A DNA stretch of 64,000 nucleotides from Pelagibacterales bacterium SAG-MED01 (GTDB lineage: Bacteria > Pseudomonadota > Alphaproteobacteria > Pelagibacterales > Pelagibacteraceae), in NCBI GenBank assembly GCA_014654455.1, contig JACWCY010000003.1:27279-91278 (forward strand), given 5' to 3'. The position numbers and the translations under genes were made by a program. Of the stretch, positions 48,915-58,115 are shown in pieces; position 1 is the first letter of the stretch; each line of letters begins with the position of its first letter. The notes beneath the pieces were generated by a model, which did no database searches, was not told where the DNA came from, and saw only the letters and a program-made list of their open reading frames with translations.

Positions 48915-49573
48915 GAGATTTAAATCAACAAATAATTAAATTTGATTATGATCAAAATTTTAAAGACGATGATTTTTATGTTTCTAAAAGTAATCAACAT
49001 ATTTTCAATTTTTTAAAAATTTGGCCCAATTGGGAAAAAAAATTTATAAATATAAGTGGTGAGAATTTCTCTGGAAAAACTCATTTAATCAATATTTTTT
49101 TAAAAAAATTTAAAGGTGTTAAGTTTGAAGCAAATTTATTAAATAATAAAAATTTAAAAGAAATTAAGATTTACGAAAACATAGTTGTAGAGAATATAGA
49201 TAAAGATATTGATGAAAAATTATTTTATACGTTGTTTAATATTATTGACCAAGATAACAAATACTTAGTTTTGACCTCTATTGAACCAATAGTAAATATT
49301 AAATTTAGATTAGATGACTTAAAATCTAGATTTAAAAACTTTCTTTTATTCAATATAGAAAAGCCAGATGATGAACTAATGTTTGCTTTAATATTAAAAA
49401 ATCTATCTGATCGTCAAATTTCACTAGACAAAAAGTTAATTAATTACATAATTAAAAGAATTGAGAGATCATATAGTAATATATTTGATTTTATATATAA
49501 AATTGACAAATTAAGTTTAAAAAAAAAAAAATCGATAGATTTTAAAATAATAAAAGAAGCTTTAGGAGAATAA
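48911..49573 (+). CDS. hdaA: DnaA-like ATPase / regulatory inactivator HdaA
   Basis: F.VSKSN, GENFSGKTHL, DLKSR, PDDEL, IERS. Start set at ATG 48911. Confidence 0.8.
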   Translation: MRDLNQQIIKFDYDQNFKDDDFYVSKSNQHIFNFLKIWPNWEKKFINISGENFSGKTHLINIFLKKFKGVKFEANLLNNKNLKEIKIYENIVVENIDKDIDEKLFYTLFNIIDQDNKYLVLTSIEPIVNIKFRLDDLKSRFKNFLLFNIEKPDDELMFALILKNLSDRQISLDKKLINYIIKRIERSYSNIFDFIYKIDKLSLKKKKSIDFKIIKEALGE

Positions 49574-51358
49574 TTGAATAAATATAGAACTCATAATTGT
49601 AATGAATTAAGAAAAAAAGATATTGGTAGTGAAATCTCTTTATCTGGATGGATAAATAAAAAACGTGATCATGGAAATCTTTTGTTTATTGATTTAAGAG
49701 ATAACTACGGAATAACCCAATGCATTATAGATAAAGATAATCTTAGTTTTTCTGAACTAGAAAAAACTCAACTTGAAACAGTTATAAAAGTTATTGGAAA
49801 AGTTGTAAATAGAAGTAATGAAACAATAAATAGAGATATTGAAACTGGTGAAATAGAAGTTTCAATCAATAAATTTATAATTCTTGGATCATGTAAAGAA
49901 TTGCCAATGCCTATTTTTAGTGATCAAGAATATGCTGAGGAAATAAGATTAAAATATAGGTATTTAGACTTAAGAAGAAAAAAAATACATGAAAATATTA
50001 TTTTAAGATCAAAAGTAATTTCTTTCATAAGAAGTGAAATGAATGACTTGGGTTTTTTGGAGTTTCAAACACCTATATTGACCTCATCAAGTCCTGAAGG
50101 TGCAAGAGATTTTCTTGTACCAAGTAGACTGAATCCAGGAAAGTTTTATGCACTACCTCAAGCACCTCAACAATTTAAACAGCTTATAATGGTTTCAGGC
50201 TTCGATAAATATTTTCAAATTGCACCTTGTTTTAGAGATGAAGATGCAAGAGCAGATCGTAGTCCAGGTGAATTTTACCAATTGGATTTGGAAATGTCAT
50301 TTGTTGAACAAGAAGATGTTTTTAAAGTAGTTGAAAGATTATTAACAAATATATTTAAGAAATTTTCAACTAAAAAATTAATGTTTAATGCATTTCCTAA
50401 AATATCTTATTCAGAAGCTTTACTGAAATATGGAAGTGATAAACCTGATTTAAGGAATCCATTAGTTATCAATGATATTACTGAAATTTTTTCAAGAGAA
50501 GATGTGACTTTTGAAATATTTAAGAAGCTTATAAAAACTGGATCTAAAGTGAGATGTATAGTAACAAAAAAAACAAAAGATAAACCCAGGAGTTTCTTTG
50601 ACAATATTGACAAATGGGCCAAGGATCAAGGAGCTTCAGGATTAGCTTATTTCACAATAGAAAAAGAAAAAGAGATTTCAGCAAAAGGCCCAGTGGGTAA
50701 ATTTTTTTCGAAAGAAGCAATTAAAGAAATTATGAATATAACGCAAGCTGAAGTAGGAGATAGTATTTTTTTAGCCTGTAATAAATTAAAAGAATTAGAA
50801 AAAATTACTTCTTTAGCAAGAGATAAGATTGCACAAGACCTAAATCTAATTGATGAAAATATTTTCGCTTTTTGTTGGGTGGTAGACTACCCAATGTTTG
50901 AAAGAGATGAGCAGACTAATAAAATAGAGTTTAGTCATAATCCTTTTTCTATGCCACAGGGGGATATCGAAAAATTAAATTTTGAAAAACCGCTTGATAT
51001 TTTAGCATATCAGTATGATATTGTTTGTAATGGTGTAGAACTTTCTTCTGGTGCTATTAGGAATCACGTTCCTGAATTAATGTACAAACTTTTTTCAATA
51101 GCTGGATATGACAAAAACCAAGTTAATGAAAAATTTAGCGGTATGATAAATGCCCTAAGTTATGGCGCACCCCCCCATGGTGGAATAGCACCTGGAATTG
51201 ATAGAATAATTATGCTTCTAGCAAACGAAAAAAATATTAGAGAAATTACAATGTTTCCAATGAACCAAAATGCTCAAGATTTAATGATGAATGCTCCATC
51301 AGAAATTACCGAAAATCAATTAAAAGAACTAAATCTTTCTCTTAAATTAAAGAAATAA
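49574..51358 (+). CDS. aspS: Aspartate-tRNA ligase (TTG start)
   Basis: RDHG.L.FIDLRD, PEGARDF, LPQAPQ, CFRDED, PPHGGIAPGIDR. Confidence 0.97.
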   Translation: MNKYRTHNCNELRKKDIGSEISLSGWINKKRDHGNLLFIDLRDNYGITQCIIDKDNLSFSELEKTQLETVIKVIGKVVNRSNETINRDIETGEIEVSINKFIILGSCKELPMPIFSDQEYAEEIRLKYRYLDLRRKKIHENIILRSKVISFIRSEMNDLGFLEFQTPILTSSSPEGARDFLVPSRLNPGKFYALPQAPQQFKQLIMVSGFDKYFQIAPCFRDEDARADRSPGEFYQLDLEMSFVEQEDVFKVVERLLTNIFKKFSTKKLMFNAFPKISYSEALLKYGSDKPDLRNPLVINDITEIFSREDVTFEIFKKLIKTGSKVRCIVTKKTKDKPRSFFDNIDKWAKDQGASGLAYFTIEKEKEISAKGPVGKFFSKEAIKEIMNITQAEVGDSIFLACNKLKELEKITSLARDKIAQDLNLIDENIFAFCWVVDYPMFERDEQTNKIEFSHNPFSMPQGDIEKLNFEKPLDILAYQYDIVCNGVELSSGAIRNHVPELMYKLFSIAGYDKNQVNEKFSGMINALSYGAPPHGGIAPGIDRIIMLLANEKNIREITMFPMNQNAQDLMMNAPSEITENQLKELNLSLKLKK

Positions 51359-51359
51359 T

Positions 51360-52184
51360 CTATTTTTTTCCTTTGAGATTTATTTTAACGTCAGATAAAT
51401 CTACTAAATTTTTTTTATAGTTGTTTCTCACAAATCCTTTACTTGTAATATCTTTTACAATCTTCAATAACTGATTTTGATCCTCTGAATTTTGTTCGTC
51501 TAAATTTAAGTTTTCAGAATTTCCTATAGCTGGAGTATGAGCAAGATCTTCCCTATTTTGATATGAAATGGCTAGCTCTCTAAATATATAGTCTAAAATA
51601 GATGATGCACTGATAATTCTATCATTTCCATAAACTTTACCTGATGGTTCAAATTTTGTTCCAACAAATGCACTTATAAATTCATCTAATGGTACGCCAT
51701 ATTGAAGTCCTAGAGACACCGCGATAGCAAAATTGTTCATTAGTGCTTTAACTAATTCACCTTCTTTGCTTGTATCAATAAATATTTCTCCAATTTTTCC
51801 ATCCTCATATTCTCCAGTATGTAAATAAACTTTATGATCTCCTATAGTTGCTTTTTGAATATAACCCTTCCTTCTATCAGGCATACCAAATCTCTTTCCA
51901 TTATTATTCGAGTTAGAATTTTTGGATTTTAATATATTTTCTAAATTGTTAGTAACAGGCTTATTATCATTAGAGACTACATCAATATTTTTATTCTCAA
52001 TAATTTTATTATTCTTAGGATCAAGATTTTTAGTTTTTCTGTTATCAAGTTTAACATCTAAGACTTCAAATTTACCATCATCTCTTTTTTCAAGATTTTT
52101 AAGTTCTATTTCATTAATATCATCTAAGTAATGATTTACTTTAAATGTACAAGTGTAATATGTTTCAACCAAGTATTTTGCCAT
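51360..52184 (-). CDS. Stand-alone TSCPD domain, homologous to the C-terminus of class II (NrdJ) ribonucleotide reductase; not a complete RNR
   Basis: [77 protein letters not shown]. Confidence 0.8.
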   Translation of the reverse strand: MAKYLVETYYTCTFKVNHYLDDINEIELKNLEKRDDGKFEVLDVKLDNRKTKNLDPKNNKIIENKNIDVVSNDNKPVTNNLENILKSKNSNSNNNGKRFGMPDRRKGYIQKATIGDHKVYLHTGEYEDGKIGEIFIDTSKEGELVKALMNNFAIAVSLGLQYGVPLDEFISAFVGTKFEPSGKVYGNDRIISASSILDYIFRELAISYQNREDLAHTPAIGNSENLNLDEQNSEDQNQLLKIVKDITSKGFVRNNYKKNLVDLSDVKINLKGKK

Positions 52185-52300
52185 TTGACCCCATTTTTAA
52201 AAAATTAATTTGAATTATGATTAGAATTATTTATATACAAATTCAAATTATAGTCTAATTTAATTTATACAATTTTAAATTGAAACTTTATTAATTTTTA

Positions 52301-52660
52301 ATGTTGACACTTTTAAAAAAATTTTTCACTTGGTGGAATCAAGACACTTTTGGGACAAGAATTACTACTATTATATCTGGAAAATTAGTTGGTAAAGACT
52401 CATATGGTAATAAATATTATGAGAGTAAAAAAGGTAAAAGGTGGGTTATTTATTCTGGTGAGATTGATGCATCAAAAATTCCAGTTGAATGGTATTCATG
52501 GATTCATTTTACCAATAATAAAATAGAAAAAACACATGATTTAAAAAAATATGATTGGCAAAAGCCTCATCTTCCTAATTTAACTGGCACTGAAAAAGCA
52601 TATTATCCTAACAAAAATAAAAATGTTATTGAAAAAAAATATAAAAGTTGGAAAAATTAA
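52301..52660 (+). CDS. NADH:ubiquinone oxidoreductase NDUFA12-family protein
   Basis: TWWN..TFGT, VGKD..GNKYYE, RWVIY, DASKIP.EW..W.H, HLPNLTGT..AY. Confidence 0.9.
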   Translation: MLTLLKKFFTWWNQDTFGTRITTIISGKLVGKDSYGNKYYESKKGKRWVIYSGEIDASKIPVEWYSWIHFTNNKIEKTHDLKKYDWQKPHLPNLTGTEKAYYPNKNKNVIEKKYKSWKN

Positions 52661-53030
52661 ACAAAGTTTATTTTTTTTAAATTTAATTGTTTTTTTATTA
52701 TTTTCCCCAAAAGTAAATTTTGCTAATGAGCTCGAAGGAAATAATACGGATATTAAAGTTTTAGATAAAATAAGTTCAAAAAATATCTTGATTCAGTTGA
52801 AAAATGGTGAAGAAATTAAACATAAAGATCTTTTGATAAAAAGTACAAGATGTATTAATTCAGAATTTGATGATAATCCAGAAATTACAGCATATCTACA
52901 AGTAAAGGATTTAACTAATAAAAATAAAGATAATGTTTTTGTATTTAATGATTGGATGTTTTCATCAAGTCCATCAATTAAACCATTTGATCATCCTGTT
53001 TATGATATTTGGCTCGTTGGTTGTTATTAA
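52623..53030 (+). CDS. DUF2155-family protein (start uncertain)
   Basis: LDKIS, NPEITAY, F.DWMF.SSPS..PFDHPVYDIW. Confidence 0.85.
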   Translation: MLLKKNIKVGKIKQSLFFLNLIVFLLFSPKVNFANELEGNNTDIKVLDKISSKNILIQLKNGEEIKHKDLLIKSTRCINSEFDDNPEITAYLQVKDLTNKNKDNVFVFNDWMFSSSPSIKPFDHPVYDIWLVGCY

Positions 53031-54364
53031 TCAATTTTTTCATTATCTAACCAACTTACATTAAAATCGGAATTAATAAATTTCTTATGATTTAATAATT
53101 TCTTGTGTAAAGGTATTGTTGTTGTAATACCTTCAATAACAAATTCATCTAAAGATCTATTCATTCTTTGAATAGCTTCAACTCTATTTCTGCCATGACA
53201 AATAAGTTTACAGACCATACTGTCGTAATAAGGTGTAACTTTATATCCTTGAAATATCGCTCCATCTACTCTTGTTCTAAAACCTGAGGGCTGGTGGCAC
53301 ATGCCAATAGTTCCTGGAGAAGGTTGAAAGTTTTTATTTGGGTCTTCAGCATTAATTCTACATTCTATCGCATGGCCACGAGGATTAATATCAGACTGCT
53401 TTAAAGCAGTTTCTCCTGAAAAAGCTATCCAAATTTGTTCTTTTATTATATCAATACCAGTAACCATCTCAGTAACAGGATGCTCAACTTGGACTCTTGT
53501 ATTCATTTCTAAGAAATAAAATTTTTCATCTTCATAAATAAATTCTACTGTCCCGGCTCCCTGATATCCAATTTTACTTACCATTTTTACTGTTTTATCA
53601 AAAAGATCTTTTCTTATCTCCTCATTAAGAACTGGACTTGGAGTTTCTTCGATTAATTTTTGATGTCTTCTTTGAACAGAACAATCTCTTTCATGCAAAT
53701 GTACTGTTCTGTTTTTTCCAGCTAAAATTTGAACTTCAATGTGTCTAGGGTTTTGAAAAAATTTTTCTATGTAAACCTCATCATTACCAAAATATTTCAT
53801 AGCTTCAGATTTAGCTGTAGAAAAAAGTGTTTCAAATTCCTCTTCTTTTTGAACAATTTTCATTCCTTTTCCACCACCACCACCTGATGCTTTAATCAAA
53901 ACTGGAAATCCTATTTTCTTACAAAGATTTTTGGCTTCAGAAACACTTTTTACTCCACCATCAGATCCTTCTATAACTGGTAAACCATTTTCCTTAGCAA
54001 TTTTTTTTGCTTGAATTTTATCTCCCATCATTTTGATATGTTTTGATGAAGCACCAATAAAATTTATATTATTTTCTTCCAATATTTTTGCAAAGTTTGC
54101 ATTTTCTGATAAAAAACCATATCCAGGGTGCACTGCTTCAGCATTAGTTAGATCAACGGCAGATAAAATTGCTGGAATATTTAAATAACTATTTGCTGGT
54201 TGATGTGATCCTATACAGATACTTTCATCTGCTAATTTAACATGCATACTTTCTCTATCTACATCAGAATGTACTGCTACTGTAGAAATTCCCCACTCTT
54301 TACATGCCCTAATTACTCTGACTGCAATTTCCCCACGGTTTGCAATTAAGATTTTTTTAAACAT
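53027..54364 (-). CDS. accC: Acetyl-CoA carboxylase biotin carboxylase
   Basis: ANRGEIA, HPGYGFLSEN, ERDCSVQRRHQK, EMNTR. Confidence 0.98.
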   Translation of the reverse strand: MFKKILIANRGEIAVRVIRACKEWGISTVAVHSDVDRESMHVKLADESICIGSHQPANSYLNIPAILSAVDLTNAEAVHPGYGFLSENANFAKILEENNINFIGASSKHIKMMGDKIQAKKIAKENGLPVIEGSDGGVKSVSEAKNLCKKIGFPVLIKASGGGGGKGMKIVQKEEEFETLFSTAKSEAMKYFGNDEVYIEKFFQNPRHIEVQILAGKNRTVHLHERDCSVQRRHQKLIEETPSPVLNEEIRKDLFDKTVKMVSKIGYQGAGTVEFIYEDEKFYFLEMNTRVQVEHPVTEMVTGIDIIKEQIWIAFSGETALKQSDINPRGHAIECRINAEDPNKNFQPSPGTIGMCHQPSGFRTRVDGAIFQGYKVTPYYDSMVCKLICHGRNRVEAIQRMNRSLDEFVIEGITTTIPLHKKLLNHKKFINSDFNVSWLDNEKID

Positions 54365-54795
54365 TACTCTAAAATGATTATTGTTTGTCCAAATTCAACT
54401 GGTTGGCCATCCTCAACACATATTTCTTTTACCACTCCGTCAGCAGATGAAGGTACATGATTCATTGTTTTCATAGCCTCAACTATCATTATTGTATCAC
54501 CTTTTTTAATTTTTTTTCCAACTTCAACAAACTTTTTTGCACCTGGTTCTGGCGCATGGTAAGCTGTTCCAATTATAGGAGAGGTAACTTCAATACCTGA
54601 TTTAACATTATTAATTATTTTTGGTAATTCTGCAGAGGGATTTGTATTATTAATTTGATCTGGATGATTTGAAACTGCAATTTTATTTTTAGAAACTTTT
54701 ATCTTAGTATCTTTTTCAGTGTATTCTAATTCAGTTAAATTAAATTCATCTAAATAGTCACTTAATTCTTTAATTACTTTTTTATCAATTTTCAT
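54364..54795 (-). CDS. accB: Biotin carboxyl carrier protein
   Basis: EAMKTMN biotinylation motif. Confidence 0.97.
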   Translation of the reverse strand: MKIDKKVIKELSDYLDEFNLTELEYTEKDTKIKVSKNKIAVSNHPDQINNTNPSAELPKIINNVKSGIEVTSPIIGTAYHAPEPGAKKFVEVGKKIKKGDTIMIVEAMKTMNHVPSSADGVVKEICVEDGQPVEFGQTIIILE

Positions 54796-55231
54796 TTTTT
54801 AAAAGCTTTTGCATTGAAATTATGGCTAAAATATAACCATCACTACCTAAACCAAAAATACCTCCTGTGACTATGTCACTTATAAGAGATTTATGTCTAA
54901 ATTCCTCCCTTTTGTATATATTTGATATGTGTATTTCAATTATTGGTTTTTTAAACACACTCAAGGCATCTCTTATTGCAACTGAAGTGTGAGTGAATGC
55001 AGCTGCATTAATGATAATACCATCAAAATTTTTTCTTGAATCTTGAATTAAATTTACTATTTCACCCTCAACATTAGATTGAGTAAATTCAATATTTAAA
55101 CCTAATTCTTTTGACTTAATAAGGCAATTTTCTTTTAATTTATCGAAAGTAATAGTTCCATATTGCGATTGTTCTCTTTCACCTAATAGATTAAGATTTG
55201 GACCATTAATAATAATAATTTTATTATTCAT
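54785..55231 (-). CDS. aroQ: Type II 3-dehydroquinate dehydratase
   Basis: NGPNLNLLG.RE, QSN.EG, NAAAFTHTS, EIHISN..KRE.FRH.S. Confidence 0.97.
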   Translation of the reverse strand: MNNKIIIINGPNLNLLGEREQSQYGTITFDKLKENCLIKSKELGLNIEFTQSNVEGEIVNLIQDSRKNFDGIIINAAAFTHTSVAIRDALSVFKKPIIEIHISNIYKREEFRHKSLISDIVTGGIFGLGSDGYILAIISMQKLLKNEN

Positions 55232-55247
55232 TTAACTCTTATATACG

Positions 55248-55466
55248 ATGAAAAAAATAAAAAAAATAAAAATCAGATTAAATGGAAAAGAGAAGCAAAT
55301 ATCTGAAAATTCTAAAATCCTTAAGTTAATAAATGATTTAAAAATACCTATTAAAAAAGTAGCAATTGAATTAAATCAAGAAATATTAGATAAAAAAAAA
55401 CTAAATAATATAAAACTTAAAAAAAATGATAAAATTGAAATAGTTCATTTTATTGGTGGGGGTTAA
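55248..55466 (+). CDS. thiS: Thiamine biosynthesis sulfur carrier
   Basis: VAIELN and a C-terminal IEIVHFIGGG. Confidence 0.93.
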   Translation: MKKIKKIKIRLNGKEKQISENSKILKLINDLKIPIKKVAIELNQEILDKKKLNNIKLKKNDKIEIVHFIGGG

Positions 55467-55468
55467 AA

Positions 55469-56242
55469 TTGAAAAACGACAAATTTATTGTAGCAAAGAA
55501 AAAGTATAATTCTAGATTAATTGTTGGAACTGGAAAGTACAAAAATATGACTGAATGTGCAAAAGCAATTAAATTATCAGGTGCAGATATAGTTACAGTG
55601 GCTGTCAGAAGAGTCAATATTAGTGATAAGAAAAAACCTCTTTTAATGGATTATATTGATCCAAAAAAAATAACTTACTTACCAAATACTGCTGGTTGTT
55701 TTAATTCAGATGAAGCACTTAGAACGCTCAGGTTAGCAAGAGAGATTGGTGGTTGGAAATTAGTTAAACTTGAAGTTTTAGGTGATAAAAAAAATCTATT
55801 TCCTGAAATGATTGAAACTTTAAAATCTACTGAAATTCTCTCCAAGGAAGGTTTTAAAGTAATGGTTTACTGTAACGATGATCCTCTTATGGCAAAGAGA
55901 TTAGAAAACGCAGGCGCTTGTGCAATAATGCCCCTAGCAGCACCTATTGGTTCGGGACTTGGTATACTTAATAAAGTAAATATTAAAATAATTAGATATC
56001 AAACTAAATTACCTCTAATAATTGATGCTGGTTTAGGTCAAGCTTCTGATGCTACAATTGCTATGGAACTAGGTTGTGATGGTGTTTTAGTAAATACTGC
56101 TATTGCTAAAGCAAAAAAACCTTATGATATGGCATTAGCCTTTAAGAATGCAGTTATTGCAGGTAGACAATCTTATCTGTCAGGTAGAATAGAAAAAACT
56201 TTAATAGGTAGTCCGTCTTCACCAGCCGAGGGTATTATTTAG
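55469..56242 (+). CDS. thiG: Thiazole synthase (TTG start)
   Basis: SRLIVGTGKY, LPNTAGC, KLEV, MPLAAPIGSG, DAGLG. Confidence 0.97.
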   Translation: MKNDKFIVAKKKYNSRLIVGTGKYKNMTECAKAIKLSGADIVTVAVRRVNISDKKKPLLMDYIDPKKITYLPNTAGCFNSDEALRTLRLAREIGGWKLVKLEVLGDKKNLFPEMIETLKSTEILSKEGFKVMVYCNDDPLMAKRLENAGACAIMPLAAPIGSGLGILNKVNIKIIRYQTKLPLIIDAGLGQASDATIAMELGCDGVLVNTAIAKAKKPYDMALAFKNAVIAGRQSYLSGRIEKTLIGSPSSPAEGII

Positions 56243-58019
56243 CCTTTTTAAAAAATTTTTTTTTTCTATAAGTTTTTTTTACAAATTTCTTTTTAATCTT
56301 AATATCTATCACATTATTTTCTTTTTTCTGTTGTTCTAAATTTTTTAATTTTTCAAAATGCTCAACTAGTTCTATTGTTTTTTTAGATTTATTTTTAATA
56401 TCTATTATAAATTCCGGTATAATTAGAGAGCTTTCTGATATTATATCAATTTTCATTTTATTTTTTTTTTCAAAATAAGTTAAATCTTCTACAAAATTTT
56501 CCTTTAAAAAATCTGATATTTTTTTACAAACTTTTAAATTAACAAATTTTGCTTTATTTAAAACAGCTTTTAACTCAACTAATTTTAATAATTTTTGTGC
56601 AAAAGACTCATCAGTTAAAGTTACTTTCCACTTAACAGCACTTTCCCGAAGTCTTTGTCTAGACATCTCTAATAAACCAAAATTACTAATTCTACCGATT
56701 TGAATTCTAGCTCTATCAGATCTACATTTTTCTTTTAATCTTTTTTCAACTAATCTTCTATTCCCAAAACTCAACATATCAATAAAATCAATAATAATTA
56801 AACCTGACAAATCTCTAATTTTAATTTGTCTAGCTATTTCATCTGCTGCTTCAAGATTAGTATCCAAAGCAGTATTTTCTACATTTTTTTGTTTGATTGA
56901 ACTTCCTGAGTTTATATCAATTGAGACCAAAGCCTCAGTTGGATTAATTACTAAATATCCTCCAGAGCTAAGCTTGATTTCTGACTCAAATATTTGATTT
57001 AATTTTTGCTCAATTCCTTCCTCTATAAATAAAGGTGTTTTACCTCTATATTTTTTTATTTTTTTTACATGAGAAGGCATCATCATTTTCATAAAATTTT
57101 GAGCTTTTTTGTAACCTTCGTTACCTTCAACAATTACACTTTTAGTGTTTTCATCATACATGTCTCTTAAAGTTCTTTTTATAATTTCACTTTCTTGATG
57201 AATTAAAGATGGAGCTATAGAATTTAGAGCAATATCTTTAATTTGGTTCCATGAATTTATAAGTGTACTCAAATCATGATTTATCTCATTCCTTGTTTTA
57301 TTACTACCTGCAGTTCTAACAATTAAACCCATCTCTTTTGGAATTTCTATTTCGTTTAAAATTGATCTAATTTTTTTTCTATCAGCAGGATTGAAAATTT
57401 TTCTTGATATGCCTCCTCCTTTAGGAGTATTAGGCATCAAAACAATATATTTTCCTGCAATAGAAATAAAAGTACTTAAGGCTGCTCCCTTTTGGCCTCT
57501 TTCATCTTTAATAACTTGAACAAGGATAACTTGGTTAGGTTTTATTACTTCTTGAATTTTATATCTTTTAGTTCTGGGTTTTTGTGTATTAATTTTTTCT
57601 TTTTCTATCAAATTTTCTTTATTTTCTTGCTCTTCTTTTTCTATAGGTTCTATAGGATCATTAATTTCAAGCTTACCTTCAGCAAGACTTTTTTCTTCTT
57701 TAGCCTCAACTTCTTTTGATAATTCCTCCCTCGCTAATTCTTCCTCTTTTTTTATAATTTCTAAATCACTCTTCGGAATTTGATAATAGTCAGATTGAAT
57801 ATCATTGAATGATAAAAAACCATGTCGTTCTCTTCCAAAATCAATAAATGCAGCTTGTAAAGAAGGTTCAATTCTACTAACTTTACCAAGGTAGATATTA
57901 TTTTTTATTAGATTATTTTTTAAACCCTCGTATTCGTAGTCTTCAATACTATTATCTGATTTAAGTACAATCCTAGTTTCATTTGGATGCGAAGCATCAA
58001 TGTATAAATTTTTGTCCAT
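56235..58019 (-). CDS. rne: Ribonuclease E/G family (compact, no long C-terminal scaffold)
   Basis: NIYLGKVSRIEPSLQAAF, KDERGQKGA, IDINSG, DLSGLIIIDFIDM, FGLLEMSRQR. Confidence 0.93.
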   Translation of the reverse strand: MDKNLYIDASHPNETRIVLKSDNSIEDYEYEGLKNNLIKNNIYLGKVSRIEPSLQAAFIDFGRERHGFLSFNDIQSDYYQIPKSDLEIIKKEEELAREELSKEVEAKEEKSLAEGKLEINDPIEPIEKEEQENKENLIEKEKINTQKPRTKRYKIQEVIKPNQVILVQVIKDERGQKGAALSTFISIAGKYIVLMPNTPKGGGISRKIFNPADRKKIRSILNEIEIPKEMGLIVRTAGSNKTRNEINHDLSTLINSWNQIKDIALNSIAPSLIHQESEIIKRTLRDMYDENTKSVIVEGNEGYKKAQNFMKMMMPSHVKKIKKYRGKTPLFIEEGIEQKLNQIFESEIKLSSGGYLVINPTEALVSIDINSGSSIKQKNVENTALDTNLEAADEIARQIKIRDLSGLIIIDFIDMLSFGNRRLVEKRLKEKCRSDRARIQIGRISNFGLLEMSRQRLRESAVKWKVTLTDESFAQKLLKLVELKAVLNKAKFVNLKVCKKISDFLKENFVEDLTYFEKKNKMKIDIISESSLIIPEFIIDIKNKSKKTIELVEHFEKLKNLEQQKKENNVIDIKIKKKFVKKTYRKKKFFKKAK

Positions 58020-58115
58020 AATTTGTTGTTTAATTGTTTCATTTGATAATTAATAAAATTTTGTTTAATTCTAATGCCATATCTTTACCAAATTCCTATA
58101 TATAATGGAATCAAA

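Noticed and set aside
55232-55247. TPP riboswitch upstream of thiS-thiG
   Set aside because: The gap is only 16 bp and has no aptamer motif.
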